Positions 21,705 to 31,492 of a stretch of DNA of 64,000 nucleotides are shown piece after piece (the first letter of the stretch is position 1; the number at the start of each line of letters is the position of its first letter). The notes beneath the pieces were generated by a model. That model saw only the letters and a list, made by a program, of their open reading frames with translations. It ran no database searches and had not been told where the DNA came from. Source of the DNA: Alphaproteobacteria bacterium (GTDB lineage: Bacteria > Myxococcota_A > UBA796 > CAJQPC01); contig JACKEV010000010.1 of NCBI GenBank assembly GCA_020632795.1, forward strand, positions 95,127 to 159,126. The letters are read 5' to 3'. The translations under genes were made by a program, and so were the position numbers.

Positions 21705-24010
21705 GGGGCCTCCTGGACAACTGTGGAACTACCAAAGCCGAAGCAGGTGAGACTTCCGTCCGTGCCGACGGCGCAGGCTGCTTGGTCGCTGCCTACGGAG
21801 ACGCTTTGGTACGACCCAGACGGTTCACTTGCCAAGTAGCCACTGTCACCCCAGCAGTAGACACGGTGAAGGGTATCCACCGCGCAAGTGGTACCGGAAC
21901 TACCAACAGAAACGTCAACAAACCGGTAAGTCGTTGATGGAAGATCAGCCAATTGGCCCTCACCATCCGAGCCCCAACAACTCAAGATGCCCGAAGCGTT
22001 TATGGCGCACGCATGGCGATAGCCGGTAGACAGTACCGTGAAGGCCCCACTGGGAGTGCTGGACACCTGATCATACGTATCGCTGCCCCAACAAACCACG
22101 GCACCGCCCGCCCCGGTCAGTCCGCAACCGAAAGAGGACGCAAGATCTATCAACGTCATGGCACTCTCTGCGGGGGCACTCACTTCGCCAAAGTCATCAT
22201 CACCCCAGCACGTCACCGTTTGATCGCTGACGAGGAGCCCGCATGAACCGGTGCCCCACACCTCAACCTGAGCAATTGCGGCCGTGGGAGGATATGACTC
22301 GTTGTCCGTGTCCCTACCCCAGCAATGCACGACATCGTCCTGATCGACAGCGCACGCGTGGGAGCCACCGACACTCAACTGCACAAACCCATGACTTGTA
22401 GGCGCATCAGACACCTCGCCGAAGTCATCGTCCCCCCAACAATGCACAGCGCCGTTGGAGTCCAATGCACAGGCGTTGTCGTCGTCGCCAACTTCAACCT
22501 GAACCCAGATGGTATCCGCCCCGTCGCAGTCCTGATCTACTCCATCTGCGTATGTCTCTGTCGCACCAGGGTAGACGTTCACTGCAGAATCGTCACAATC
22601 GCTATTGTCGTCGACGTCGGTAGCGTTGGCCGGCGCGCAGACACTCGGAGACGCACCAGCTTCACCATACCCATCCCCGTCGGCGTCTGGATACCAGGAC
22701 ACCGATGGTTCAAGTGCGGCATCCTGGTCGTCACAGTCTCCACCAACCGATACGTAACCGACGATTTCATCACACGAGACGCTGGCTCCGGCGTCCGCTC
22801 CAAATCCATCCCCATCCCCATCTGGATACCAGGTCCTTGCGTCAGCAGAGTCGCCTTCGTTCACTTCGCCATCACAATCGTGGTCGATCCCGTCGCACCA
22901 CTCCGTACCCCCCGGCCAGACCGTAGAGTCGCCGTCGTCACAATCCCCATCAAAGGGGACGTAGCCAGAAGGCGCCGTGCAACTTACCTGTGATGAATCT
23001 GTTTCCCCGAAGCCGTCACCATCCCCATCCTGCCACCATGTCGAGGCGTTAATCGCCCTGTCCTCATCTATCTGGCCATCGCAGTCCTCATCCGTGCCCC
23101 CGCAATGTTCTTCCATGCTTGGTGCAACGGCACTGTCTCGATCGTCACAATCACCACCACTCAGACCGTCGCAATGTCCTTCGCTGCCGAGACAATCCTC
23201 GGCCTCACAGTAACAATCACCGTCATCATCCCACACGGCGGTATGATTGTCGATCCGACCATCGCAATCCTCGTCACGACCATCAATAGTTTCGGTACCA
23301 CCTGGCCGCGTCCAGGGGTCGGTATCATCGCAGTCCGTTCCCTCCAGAACATACCCCCACGGCTGATCGCAGGACTGCATAGTCTCGCCTCCAGCACCAA
23401 AGCCATCACCGTCCTCATCTGGATACCATATCCTCAACGTCGCGAGGTCCACATCCTCGTCGTCGAGATCCGTCAAGCGATCGCAATCATTGTCGACGTC
23501 ATCACAGACCTCTTCGGCGCCAGGATGAACGGAGGAGTCACCGTCGTCGCAGTCGTTCCCGAACGAAACCAATCCCTCTGAGCGAAAACAGGCCTCACGC
23601 GGTTGATCTGGATCCCCGTAGCCATCTCCATCCGCGTCTACGAACCACACGCTAGTGGTAGACCAGTCGAGATCCGCGTCCTCCTCGTCGATCTCCCCAT
23701 CGCAATCATTGTCCAGGTCATCGCACACCTCAACAGCATGGCGATACACCGATGGAGAGAGGTCGTCGCAATCTCCCTGAGCAATCGACATGCCATCCCC
23801 GTCCTGGTCGTGATTAGGCGCAGGGTTGAGGAGCACGCAGGCACAAAGTAGCGAAATAAGCAAAGTCTCTTCCTCCACAAGTCGGTACACAGGGTACATG
23901 CCTGTCTGAGTCTCGCCATCGTCGAACACCTCTTGAACGTACCGGCGAGGCGCGGTCCAATCCACACTCGCAGCGTCAATCTCGTTTCGACCAGTAAAAC
24001 GAAAAACCAC
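21701..24010 (-). CDS. Secreted protein: MopE-type Cys-rich repeats plus RCC1-like beta-propeller repeats (true start probably M at 23899 or 23791)
   Basis: N-terminal repeats of DCDD..D..V.PGA.E.CD..DNDCDG. The C-terminal AVHCWGDDDFGEV...SHACAV...VHCWGRD repeats are RCC1-like. The stop overlaps the start of caspase gene 20094..21704 (operon). Confidence 0.65.
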   Translation of the reverse strand: MVFRFTGRNEIDAASVDWTAPRRYVQEVFDDGETQTGMYPVYRLVEEETLLISLLCACVLLNPAPNHDQDGDGMSIAQGDCDDLSPSVYRHAVEVCDDLDNDCDGEIDEEDADLDWSTTSVWFVDADGDGYGDPDQPREACFRSEGLVSFGNDCDDGDSSVHPGAEEVCDDVDNDCDRLTDLDDEDVDLATLRIWYPDEDGDGFGAGGETMQSCDQPWGYVLEGTDCDDTDPWTRPGGTETIDGRDEDCDGRIDNHTAVWDDDGDCYCEAEDCLGSEGHCDGLSGGDCDDRDSAVAPSMEEHCGGTDEDCDGQIDEDRAINASTWWQDGDGDGFGETDSSQVSCTAPSGYVPFDGDCDDGDSTVWPGGTEWCDGIDHDCDGEVNEGDSADARTWYPDGDGDGFGADAGASVSCDEIVGYVSVGGDCDDQDAALEPSVSWYPDADGDGYGEAGASPSVCAPANATDVDDNSDCDDSAVNVYPGATETYADGVDQDCDGADTIWVQVEVGDDDNACALDSNGAVHCWGDDDFGEVSDAPTSHGFVQLSVGGSHACAVDQDDVVHCWGRDTDNESYPPTAAIAQVEVWGTGSCGLLVSDQTVTCWGDDDFGEVSAPAESAMTLIDLASSFGCGLTGAGGAVVCWGSDTYDQVSSTPSGAFTVLSTGYRHACAINASGILSCWGSDGEGQLADLPSTTYRFVDVSVGSSGTTCAVDTLHRVYCWGDSGYLASEPSGSYQSVSVGSDQAACAVGTDGSLTCFGFGSSTVVQEAP

Positions 24011-24645
24011 AGGTTCTGGCGGTCAGACAGTATGTAGGCGTCCGACAATATTCCTCCAGAAAAGCAGTTAAAGTATGCTCTGCATAGTCCGTCCTGATCA
24101 GGCTCAACCAGTCCAATATATACTATCTCCCATGGAGGATCTCCATCCTGCCTGATACCGTAACACCGATCGTAGTCCTGTATTCCCCCAATACCAACGC
24201 AGTGCGCCATGTGGCAGTCCATGCCGCGAGTAATTCCATATGGTTCGGCATCGATAAGATATGAGTTCCGCACGTCCCCCGCTGCAATTGAAACCGTGTT
24301 GCATTGAAATGGCACCACAATCGTCTCCATCACAGGTCTCCGCGCCATATCCACCTCCAACTCGACAATCGCAGCCTCGTTCAGGTCCTGCGAGTCTCCG
24401 AGAAGGACGATCTCTTCCTCTGCCAGTCCAATGCGTTCCCCACAGAACTCCAAGTCTTCTTGTGCCTGCCCCAATTGTCCCTCCAGAGCCCCCACTCGCT
24501 CCTCCACTTCGGCAAAGCCCGAGACCCCATCGACACCGTCACAGTTCTGATCGACTCCGTCCCCCAACACATCCGCCAGTCCACCCGGCACCCGGGGCTC
24601 GACAACGTCCAGAAGCATGGCTGACAGTCCTCCGAAGCGAATCAT
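23638..24645 (-). CDS. Hypothetical protein; 3' extent uncertain (overlaps the start region of the MopE/RCC1 gene)
   Basis: ATG at 24643-24645 overlaps the TGA of the upstream caspase gene (TGATG). The N-terminal part contains an NCDGVDG motif. The open frame runs through the AT-rich stretch 24000-24120 into the next gene, so there may be a frameshift or an earlier stop. Confidence 0.3.
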   Translation of the reverse strand: MIRFGGLSAMLLDVVEPRVPGGLADVLGDGVDQNCDGVDGVSGFAEVEERVGALEGQLGQAQEDLEFCGERIGLAEEEIVLLGDSQDLNEAAIVELEVDMARRPVMETIVVPFQCNTVSIAAGDVRNSYLIDAEPYGITRGMDCHMAHCVGIGGIQDYDRCYGIRQDGDPPWEIVYIGLVEPDQDGLCRAYFNCFSGGILSDAYILSDRQNLWFFVLLVETRLTLRVWIGPRLAGTFKRCSTMARLRQACTLCTDLWRKRLCLFRYFVPACSSTLRLITTRTGMACRLLREIATTSLHRCIAMLLRCAMTWTMIAMGRSTRRTRISTGLPLACGS

Positions 24646-26429
24646 CAGAACTCTCCCCCGACCTCGACCATCCCCAGCCCGACTCGGATCCCGACCGCGC
24701 GCACACGCCACCCCCCGACGACCAGCGCCGCCCCACCCAGCGCCACGCCCCCGATCCCGAGTTTGAACGCCGTGTCAAACTGGTTCTCCCCGGAATCGAC
24801 CGCGACGCACGCCCCCATCCCCGGGGTGTCGCCCTCCAGCCGCCCCTGCACGACCCTGGAGCCGACCATCGCCCCCAGCCCCGACGCCGCCATCGCCCCG
24901 CCCCCCCAGAGCCAGGCCTGCGGCTCCTGCCACCTCAGCCCGCCGCCAACCGACAGCGCCAGCCCAGCCCCGGCCACGCCCCAGCCGGCCGCATTGGCGC
25001 CAGCCCAGCCACGAGGCACCACCCCGTTGTAGACGGCGCGACAGCCGGGGCCCATCGAGGTGATCGCCACCGCAGTGCCCACGACCTGGAGGGCCGCGCC
25101 GGCAAAGGCGAGGTTCTGGGCGCCCCGATACGGGAGGGTGACCGTTAGGTCCAAGGTCTGGTTGTCCTCGAGCGAGAGGGGCTGCTCCACCCGACCGGCG
25201 CGCACGACATGGTCGCCGGGGCGCGTGTGGATGGTCAACGGGCGCTCGGGGGACTGAATCTCGTCGTCGAACACCACCTCGGATCGGATGGGGCGCCCCT
25301 GGCGGTTCTCTGTACGGAGGGTGAGGGTCGCGCCGGCTGTTCGTCCGACAACGAGCTCCTTGACCTCGCCCTTCTCCAGCATGACCGTCTGCTCTACCCC
25401 ATTGAAGACGACCCGGTGTGGGCCCGGCGCCAGATGCTGGAGGGTGACGAGGTTGCCGGGCAGCCGCACGCCGTAGTCCTGTCCGTCAACCAAGAGCGCT
25501 CCCTGTGCCAGGACGGTGACAACCAGCGTTGCCAGCCCCAGCTGCTCCACCACCACCACGGGGAAGTCCCCCGAGTTCTCGCCGCTTCGCCACGGCACCT
25601 GGACGTGTCCTCGGGCTACGGACTCATGCTTCACCTGCTCCCTGACGTAACCATACAGCTCCTCAGCGCTGACGACGCCGTCCTGAAGGATCCAGCCGTC
25701 GGCCTCCTGCCTCATGCCCTTCAGCAGGTAGTACGTCAACAGACCGTTGTTCAACTCATCATATTCGTAGGAATACCCCCCGAGGGCGGTCCCGTAGAGG
25801 ATGAAGGTGCCCTCAGAGTCTACGTACCGAGGGTTCGTCCAGGATGGAGGTTGTAAACTCTTGGAAACCCGTACCTGATTGCGGCAGGCATCCAGGATCA
25901 CAAGGCGCTGTTTGGCCTGGATGTTCTGCAGATCCGTCTGCACCCGAGCCAGCTCGATGCCCGTATCCTCGGGAAGTTCGGCATCGGCCTCGACAGGGAA
26001 GAGGTAGTTGACCCGCTCTTTCCCAACCTCGCTGCTCGCGCCATGCCCGGAGAAGAAGAACACGATGGACTCCAACTCTCCTTGTTCCCCCAGCTGATGA
26101 AGGTACTTCAGATGCTTGAGAATATTAACCTTTGTTGGCTGTAGATTGGGATCAAGCGCGTCCGGCGTCAGTACGATGACCTGTCGCTCCTTGTACACAC
26201 CACTCTCCACGAGCTGCGCGGCGAAGTCTCGTGCATCCTTGGCCGGGAACTTGAGGTCCTGGATGTCATCGTTTGTGTAGTCGTCGACCCCGATGATCAG
26301 CGCCCAGCGGCCCGAGGTCTCGGTGAGGATGTCGGCGGGGTTGTGGACAGTGATGTCCTTGGAGGACGCAGCGTCCTCCGGCGAGGATTGGGCCAGAGCG
26401 GCGGACAACATCGTGAGAAGGTGGAACAT
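24645..26429 (-). CDS. Caspase-domain (peptidase C14) protein, extracytoplasmic, dyad intact
   Basis: Signal peptide MFHLLTMLSAALAQS. WALIIGVDDY...FFFSGHGA...LVILDACRNQ. Paralog of 41346..43133 (same architecture, Gly-rich TM tail). Confidence 0.75.
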   Translation of the reverse strand: MFHLLTMLSAALAQSSPEDAASSKDITVHNPADILTETSGRWALIIGVDDYTNDDIQDLKFPAKDARDFAAQLVESGVYKERQVIVLTPDALDPNLQPTKVNILKHLKYLHQLGEQGELESIVFFFSGHGASSEVGKERVNYLFPVEADAELPEDTGIELARVQTDLQNIQAKQRLVILDACRNQVRVSKSLQPPSWTNPRYVDSEGTFILYGTALGGYSYEYDELNNGLLTYYLLKGMRQEADGWILQDGVVSAEELYGYVREQVKHESVARGHVQVPWRSGENSGDFPVVVVEQLGLATLVVTVLAQGALLVDGQDYGVRLPGNLVTLQHLAPGPHRVVFNGVEQTVMLEKGEVKELVVGRTAGATLTLRTENRQGRPIRSEVVFDDEIQSPERPLTIHTRPGDHVVRAGRVEQPLSLEDNQTLDLTVTLPYRGAQNLAFAGAALQVVGTAVAITSMGPGCRAVYNGVVPRGWAGANAAGWGVAGAGLALSVGGGLRWQEPQAWLWGGGAMAASGLGAMVGSRVVQGRLEGDTPGMGACVAVDSGENQFDTAFKLGIGGVALGGAALVVGGWRVRAVGIRVGLGMVEVGGEF

Positions 26430-26499
26430 CGTCAGACCTTATACAGATCAGTTGCAGTGACGGGGGCGGCTGGCTGGCGCGGCACAGAGGAGGTGGTCA

Positions 26500-28428
26500 T
26501 CAGTAGCTCCGGCCGAGCAGGACGTAGACGGAGCCAGAGTCGACGTTCCCGTTGTAGTCCGCCTGGTATCCGCCGATCAGCACGTCGTTCAGCCCATCGC
26601 CGTCCACATCCCCCGCGCCGGAGACGACATCTCCGAGCCATTCCCCAGCGCTCACGCCGTATATGCGCGCATCTGCGTCGGCGAGGCTCATCGATCCTGA
26701 CACCGGGCCCAGCACGACATAAGCTGCTCCGGCAAAAGAACCGCCTGTGCTGTTGTTGGGCCCGCCAAGTACGACGTCGTCGTAGCCATCCCCGTCAACA
26801 TCACCCACACTGTCGGTAGATACGCCAACGTAGTCGGGCCCTTGTTCGCCGTACAGCTTCGCATCATGGTCAGCCAGAGGCACATCCCCTGCCAGTGGTC
26901 CGTAGAACACGAAGATCGCCCCAGCGTCCCTCCCGCCGGTGTCGTCGCCATGAGAGCCGACGAGGGCATCCGCGTACCCATCGCGGTTGAAGTCCCCACG
27001 TGCGTTCACGGACTCCCCCAAGATGCCCCCCACGGTATCCCCCTGGATGGTCGCATCAGCGTCTTCGAGGCTGATGATCCCAGGCAGGGGATCGTACAGC
27101 AGGTACACCGCGCCTGAGTTCTCGGCCCCCAGGTCGGCGCCTGGGCCTCCGATGATCACGTCTGCAAACCCGTCGCCGTCCACGTCGCCGCCTCCCGCGA
27201 CCGACACCCCGGTTTCATCGTCGGCGGCCACGCCTGTGAACATGGAGGTCGCAGATGAAAGGGCAGAGTTCGCCATCGGATTCGTCAACAGATACACAGC
27301 ACCGGCCCGCGAGAAGCTTGAACTCTCACCGGGCGCAGCAATGAGCAAATCCACCTGACCATCTCCGTCCACATCACCGGCATTGGCAATGGAGGTGCCA
27401 GCCAGATCGCCAGGCGCTACGCCTACGAACTTCGCGTCTGCAGCAGCGAGGTTCATGTTACCGGACACCGGCCCGAGCACGAGATAGGCTGCGCCGGCCT
27501 CGACACCGTTGGTGCCCTCATGACTGGCGCCGATCAGGAGGTCATCGTAGCCGTCGCTGTTGACATCCCCGGCCGCTGCGACCTGATGCCCCGCCCAGTC
27601 CCCCGCGCCCTCCCCGATGAGTGTGGCGTCGGCGTCCCCAAGCGACCCGCCAGACGTGATGGGACCAAGGATGAGGTAGGCTGCACCGGCCTCGGTCATC
27701 CCGTGCCCGGACTCCTTGAACGCCCCCACCATGATGTCGTCGACGCCGTCATTGTTGACGTCCCCGACGCCCGCAAGCGCCCGCCCCGCCCAGTCCCCCG
27801 CAGCCTCTCCATCAAATCGAATCACCTCCGCCGAAGTCAGGTCGATCTCTCCCCAGCAGCTCCGCGTCGCCTGTTCCACATCGCTGTAGCAGTCGTTGAC
27901 GACGCCGTCGTCGCAGACCTCCGGCGCGCCTGGGAAGACAAGCTCGTCGTTGTCGTCGCAGTCCTCGCCGCGAAGACCGTCCTCGTTGACATGGCTCGCC
28001 GTTGCCCAACCGTCGCCATCAGCGTCGTAGTCGTTCCCACCATCGCAGGCCTGATCGATGCCATCATACCAACTCTCCTCCGCGCCAGGGTAGGCCGCCG
28101 GGTCGCCGTCGTCACAGTCGTTGCAGTCTTCAACGTAGGTTGCCGGTCCCTCGCAAGAGGTCAGCGTCTGCTCAGGATCGCCGTAGCCATCGCCATCGCC
28201 ATCCAGACACCAGACCCGGGCGTCCACCGCCGTGGCGTCGTTCACCCGACCATCACAGTTCTCATCAACCTGTTCGGCGTCACAGAGCTCATCGGCGCCC
28301 GGGTGGATGGCTGCGGCGGTGTCCGCGCAGTCCACCTCATAGGTGTAGCCATCCTGATCGATGTCTGTCGGATCCGCCTTCCACAAGCACCCCTGAACCA
28401 TCAACCCCACCAGCAGCAGACCTCGCAT
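26500..28428 (-). CDS. Lipoprotein with MopE-type repeats and FG-GAP (integrin-alpha-like) beta-propeller repeats
   Basis: Start MRGLLLVGLMVQGC (lipobox) with GGAGG upstream. The ORF track start at 28875 is a GC artefact. Repeats include GDVNNDGVDDIMVGAF...AGAAYLILGP. Confidence 0.7.
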   Translation of the reverse strand: MRGLLLVGLMVQGCLWKADPTDIDQDGYTYEVDCADTAAAIHPGADELCDAEQVDENCDGRVNDATAVDARVWCLDGDGDGYGDPEQTLTSCEGPATYVEDCNDCDDGDPAAYPGAEESWYDGIDQACDGGNDYDADGDGWATASHVNEDGLRGEDCDDNDELVFPGAPEVCDDGVVNDCYSDVEQATRSCWGEIDLTSAEVIRFDGEAAGDWAGRALAGVGDVNNDGVDDIMVGAFKESGHGMTEAGAAYLILGPITSGGSLGDADATLIGEGAGDWAGHQVAAAGDVNSDGYDDLLIGASHEGTNGVEAGAAYLVLGPVSGNMNLAAADAKFVGVAPGDLAGTSIANAGDVDGDGQVDLLIAAPGESSSFSRAGAVYLLTNPMANSALSSATSMFTGVAADDETGVSVAGGGDVDGDGFADVIIGGPGADLGAENSGAVYLLYDPLPGIISLEDADATIQGDTVGGILGESVNARGDFNRDGYADALVGSHGDDTGGRDAGAIFVFYGPLAGDVPLADHDAKLYGEQGPDYVGVSTDSVGDVDGDGYDDVVLGGPNNSTGGSFAGAAYVVLGPVSGSMSLADADARIYGVSAGEWLGDVVSGAGDVDGDGLNDVLIGGYQADYNGNVDSGSVYVLLGRSY

Positions 28429-28507
28429 CTCAAACCTCCCTCGCCTCGATCGCCCCGACCCACAGCGGCCCCCATGGCCCCCATGGACCCGAACAACCTC
28501 GCTCCGC

Positions 28508-29887
28508 TCACCCGTGCACCACCTCAACCTCCAACACCCACCCCGCCTCCCCCTCGACCGGGCGATGCCGCACACAGCGCTCCCCCGCCGCGTCCTCGAC
28601 CGGGAACACCTGGATCCCCTTCCGCCCGGCCATCTCGCGCTGCGCCTCGGGCGCCGCCGCCACCCACGCCGCCGCGAACGCCTCCACCGCCTCGGCCCCC
28701 TCCAGCGGCCCGGGGGACCACAGCGCCACGACCCGCTCGGTGCCCGCCGGGGGGACCAGGCGAAGCTCCAGGTCGTGGTCGTGGGGGAGTGCCCAGATGG
28801 CGCTGCCGGCGCGCACCGTGTCGTCCGGGGATTGCAGGGGGTAGAGCAGATGGGTCGCGCCGTCCGGGCCCACATTGACGAGCTTGAGGTGCCCGTCCTG
28901 CGGCACGGTCATGCGGACGCTGAACACGTCGCCCGTGCGATACCGGTGGTTGGCGGGCACCGGCCGTCGGTTGGCGTACAGACAGACCTCGACCTCCGCG
29001 CTGACCGCCGCCGCGACCTTCTGCGGGGACACATCGGGCAGCCCGAGGGTGTCCGGACGCCCACCGCCCTCCGCACCGGCCGCGCCGCCGCTGAGCTGTC
29101 CGACGAGGGGCGGGACCGCGCGCAGCAGCTCGGCGGCTTCCGCGATGCCGTCCTCATCGAGATCGCCGCTCCCCTGCATCGCTGAGATGACCCCGCAGGC
29201 GAATGCGCTCAGGCCCGCGCACGCGGGCTCGCCCTGGGACGCCGTGCTCACCCCCGTGGCCGTGATGACCATCACATCGTCCCGCTCCGCGCCGATCGCG
29301 GAGACCAGCGGGCTGACCGCCTCATCCGGCCCGGTGACCAGCCCGGGGAGGCTCTGATGGACCGGGTCGACGATGAGCCACACCTGACGCGCAGGCGAAC
29401 GCTGGACCAGCGCCTTCAGCTCCCGCAGGGCCAGGCTGCTGCCCGCAAGCGCCTGCCCCGGCCGGCTGTCCTGGAGGAGCAGGACCCCCTCCCGATCGAT
29501 CCGCGCCCCGTGGGTGGCCAGGTACACGATGACGACCTCATCCGCATCCGCGCCCAACAGCGCGCTCTGCAAGGCGTCACGCACCCGCGCCTGGGTGGCC
29601 TGGGGCCCCGTGAGCAGCGCGAGGTCATCCACCCGCAGCGCGCTGTCCAGGGCCATGGAGAAGCGCCGCGCGTCCTGCTCCGCCCAGGGGAGGCCCGCCG
29701 CCTCGCCCAGCCCAGGGAAGGCCCCGACGCCGACGACCACCGCCCGCACGTCGTAGCCCTCCGGCGGAGACGGCGCGTCGCGCGCCACGGCGACGATGCC
29801 CTTCTCCCCCTGACTGAGTGGAGCGGTGGTCGCCGCCGTGACCAGCGCAACGAACATGGACAGGACGAGCGCTATACAGAGATTCAC
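28508..29887 (-). CDS. Caspase-like pseudo-protease (catalytic Cys replaced by Val) with a DUF4384-like C-terminal domain
   Basis: VVVGVGAF...IVYLATHGA keeps the His, but LIVDPVHQS sits where the DACH/QACRG Cys belongs. The C-terminal PQDGHLKLVNVGPDGATHLLYP is DUF4384-like. The FG-GAP gene is 79 bp downstream on the same strand. Confidence 0.65.
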   Translation of the reverse strand: MNLCIALVLSMFVALVTAATTAPLSQGEKGIVAVARDAPSPPEGYDVRAVVVGVGAFPGLGEAAGLPWAEQDARRFSMALDSALRVDDLALLTGPQATQARVRDALQSALLGADADEVVIVYLATHGARIDREGVLLLQDSRPGQALAGSSLALRELKALVQRSPARQVWLIVDPVHQSLPGLVTGPDEAVSPLVSAIGAERDDVMVITATGVSTASQGEPACAGLSAFACGVISAMQGSGDLDEDGIAEAAELLRAVPPLVGQLSGGAAGAEGGGRPDTLGLPDVSPQKVAAAVSAEVEVCLYANRRPVPANHRYRTGDVFSVRMTVPQDGHLKLVNVGPDGATHLLYPLQSPDDTVRAGSAIWALPHDHDLELRLVPPAGTERVVALWSPGPLEGAEAVEAFAAAWVAAAPEAQREMAGRKGIQVFPVEDAAGERCVRHRPVEGEAGWVLEVEVVHG

Positions 29888-30039
29888 GAGACCTCCGACA
29901 AACGAGAGGATGCAGGAGCGCGACGTGCTCCGGACGGTATGTCCCAGCCCAAGGGGGTTGAACAGACGGTACCACCGAACCTGTGCCCCACGCCAGCGAC
30001 CGGAGATCGAGTCGTATCTGAGCCAGAAACACCAGCCGC

Positions 30040-31320
30040 CTATCCGGACGGCTCCACGTCGTAGATCAGATCGACGACCAGCGCAGCGGCGCCGTCAACG
30101 GGCGCTGACCAGTCCGCGCAGGCCCCCACGGTACGCAGAACCACGGGCTCGTCGGGGACCCAGGGCGTCTCCCCCAACGACTTTGACCAGGCGTCGCCAG
30201 CGTCCGATCGCGTCGGGTCCGGCAGGATCTGCCCCACCAGGGGCTCGGCGCCCCGGAGCACCACCAGACGCTCCAGGCGCTCCGGGGGCTCCAGGCGGAA
30301 CGGGAAGAACACCGTCTCCCGGTCCTGGTGCGACACCACAGAGAAGCCCGCCGCCACAGGGTCCAGGGTGAGGAGCTGCACGCCCCCGCCCCCCGGCGCG
30401 CTGACCGACAAGGTGTAGAGCTGCCGGGATCGCAGCCCGCGCCCCGCCGGGGTGCCGTCCACGCACACCCGCACCGGCACGGCCGGGATCGGGGTCGGCT
30501 CGGGCCAGAGCATCCAGGCCCCGACGCCGAGCCCCGCCATGGCCATCCCCCCCGCCCAGCGCAGCCAGCGGGGCGTCGGGGCGGGCGCCACGGGTCGCGT
30601 CGCGAACCGCGCGACGGCGTCCCGGAGGTCCCGAACCGCGACGGCTTCGACCTCCACCGCCTCGGGCAGCGTCGACCCCTCCGGCACAAACACCCGGGTC
30701 AGGCGACCCGAAGCGGCCGCCAGCTTGGCCGACAGACCGCCCACGGCGCTCACCCGCCCGTCGACCCCCACGCCTCCCGTGAAGCCGATGTCATCGGGCA
30801 CGTTGATGCCCTCCAGCGCGCAGCGGGTCGCCACGGCCAGGGGCAGGCCCAGGGAGGCGCCGTCCACCGCGAACAGCGACTCGTCCTCGACGTCGAGGTC
30901 CCACAGCACCAGGTGCGCCCCGAGCTGCACGCCAAGCGCGGCGTGGATGGCCCGGGTGCAGGCCTGGGCCGACTCCTGGCCCAGCTTCACATGCGGCACC
31001 TGCGTGCCCCGGCCGGGGTAGACGCTGACGGTCAGCCGCCCCAGGCGACCCTCGCCCTCCGGGGTGACCAGCAACGCCCAGGCGGACGCCGTGCGCGGGG
31101 GAGCGCGGCCGAGCTGCGCCTCCAACCGCTGGACGATGGGGGCCAGCTCCACGCGGTGGTCGTCCAGCTCCTGAAGGCAGAGCTGGGCTTCGGCCGAGGA
31201 GATGGAGACCTCTCCCCCCAGGTGGTTGACGAGCTGGCCCACCGCCGTGGTGTAGGCCAGGCGATCCCCGCCGGCGCGGGCGACGCGGATCGCGTGCAGC
31301 ATTCGGGCGATGGTGCTCAT
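30040..31320 (-). CDS. Lon-like (S16) peptidase-domain membrane protein
   Basis: Start MSTIARMLHAIRV at 31320. VDGASLGLPLAVATRCAL...TGGVGVDGRVSAVGGLSAKLAAA resembles a Lon proteolytic domain (Ser in the DGAS-LG context, Lys in GGLSAK). TM helix WLRWAGGMAMAGLGVGAWML, then a C-terminal extracytoplasmic domain. Confidence 0.55.
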   Translation of the reverse strand: MSTIARMLHAIRVARAGGDRLAYTTAVGQLVNHLGGEVSISSAEAQLCLQELDDHRVELAPIVQRLEAQLGRAPPRTASAWALLVTPEGEGRLGRLTVSVYPGRGTQVPHVKLGQESAQACTRAIHAALGVQLGAHLVLWDLDVEDESLFAVDGASLGLPLAVATRCALEGINVPDDIGFTGGVGVDGRVSAVGGLSAKLAAASGRLTRVFVPEGSTLPEAVEVEAVAVRDLRDAVARFATRPVAPAPTPRWLRWAGGMAMAGLGVGAWMLWPEPTPIPAVPVRVCVDGTPAGRGLRSRQLYTLSVSAPGGGGVQLLTLDPVAAGFSVVSHQDRETVFFPFRLEPPERLERLVVLRGAEPLVGQILPDPTRSDAGDAWSKSLGETPWVPDEPVVLRTVGACADWSAPVDGAAALVVDLIYDVEPSG

Positions 31321-31492
31321 GCGAGCTGCCTTCTCTGCGGGCGCACGGGGCGGGCAGGGTGTACCGGATTCGACGGACGAAAGAGAAAATCCGAACTTCC
31401 TCGACCGGCGCGCTTGGCGTTCAGGGCGAGGACGACGGGGCGCACGCCTCGGTCGAGCCTCATCCAACCCAGACGCCCCCTGGAGGCCCCAC

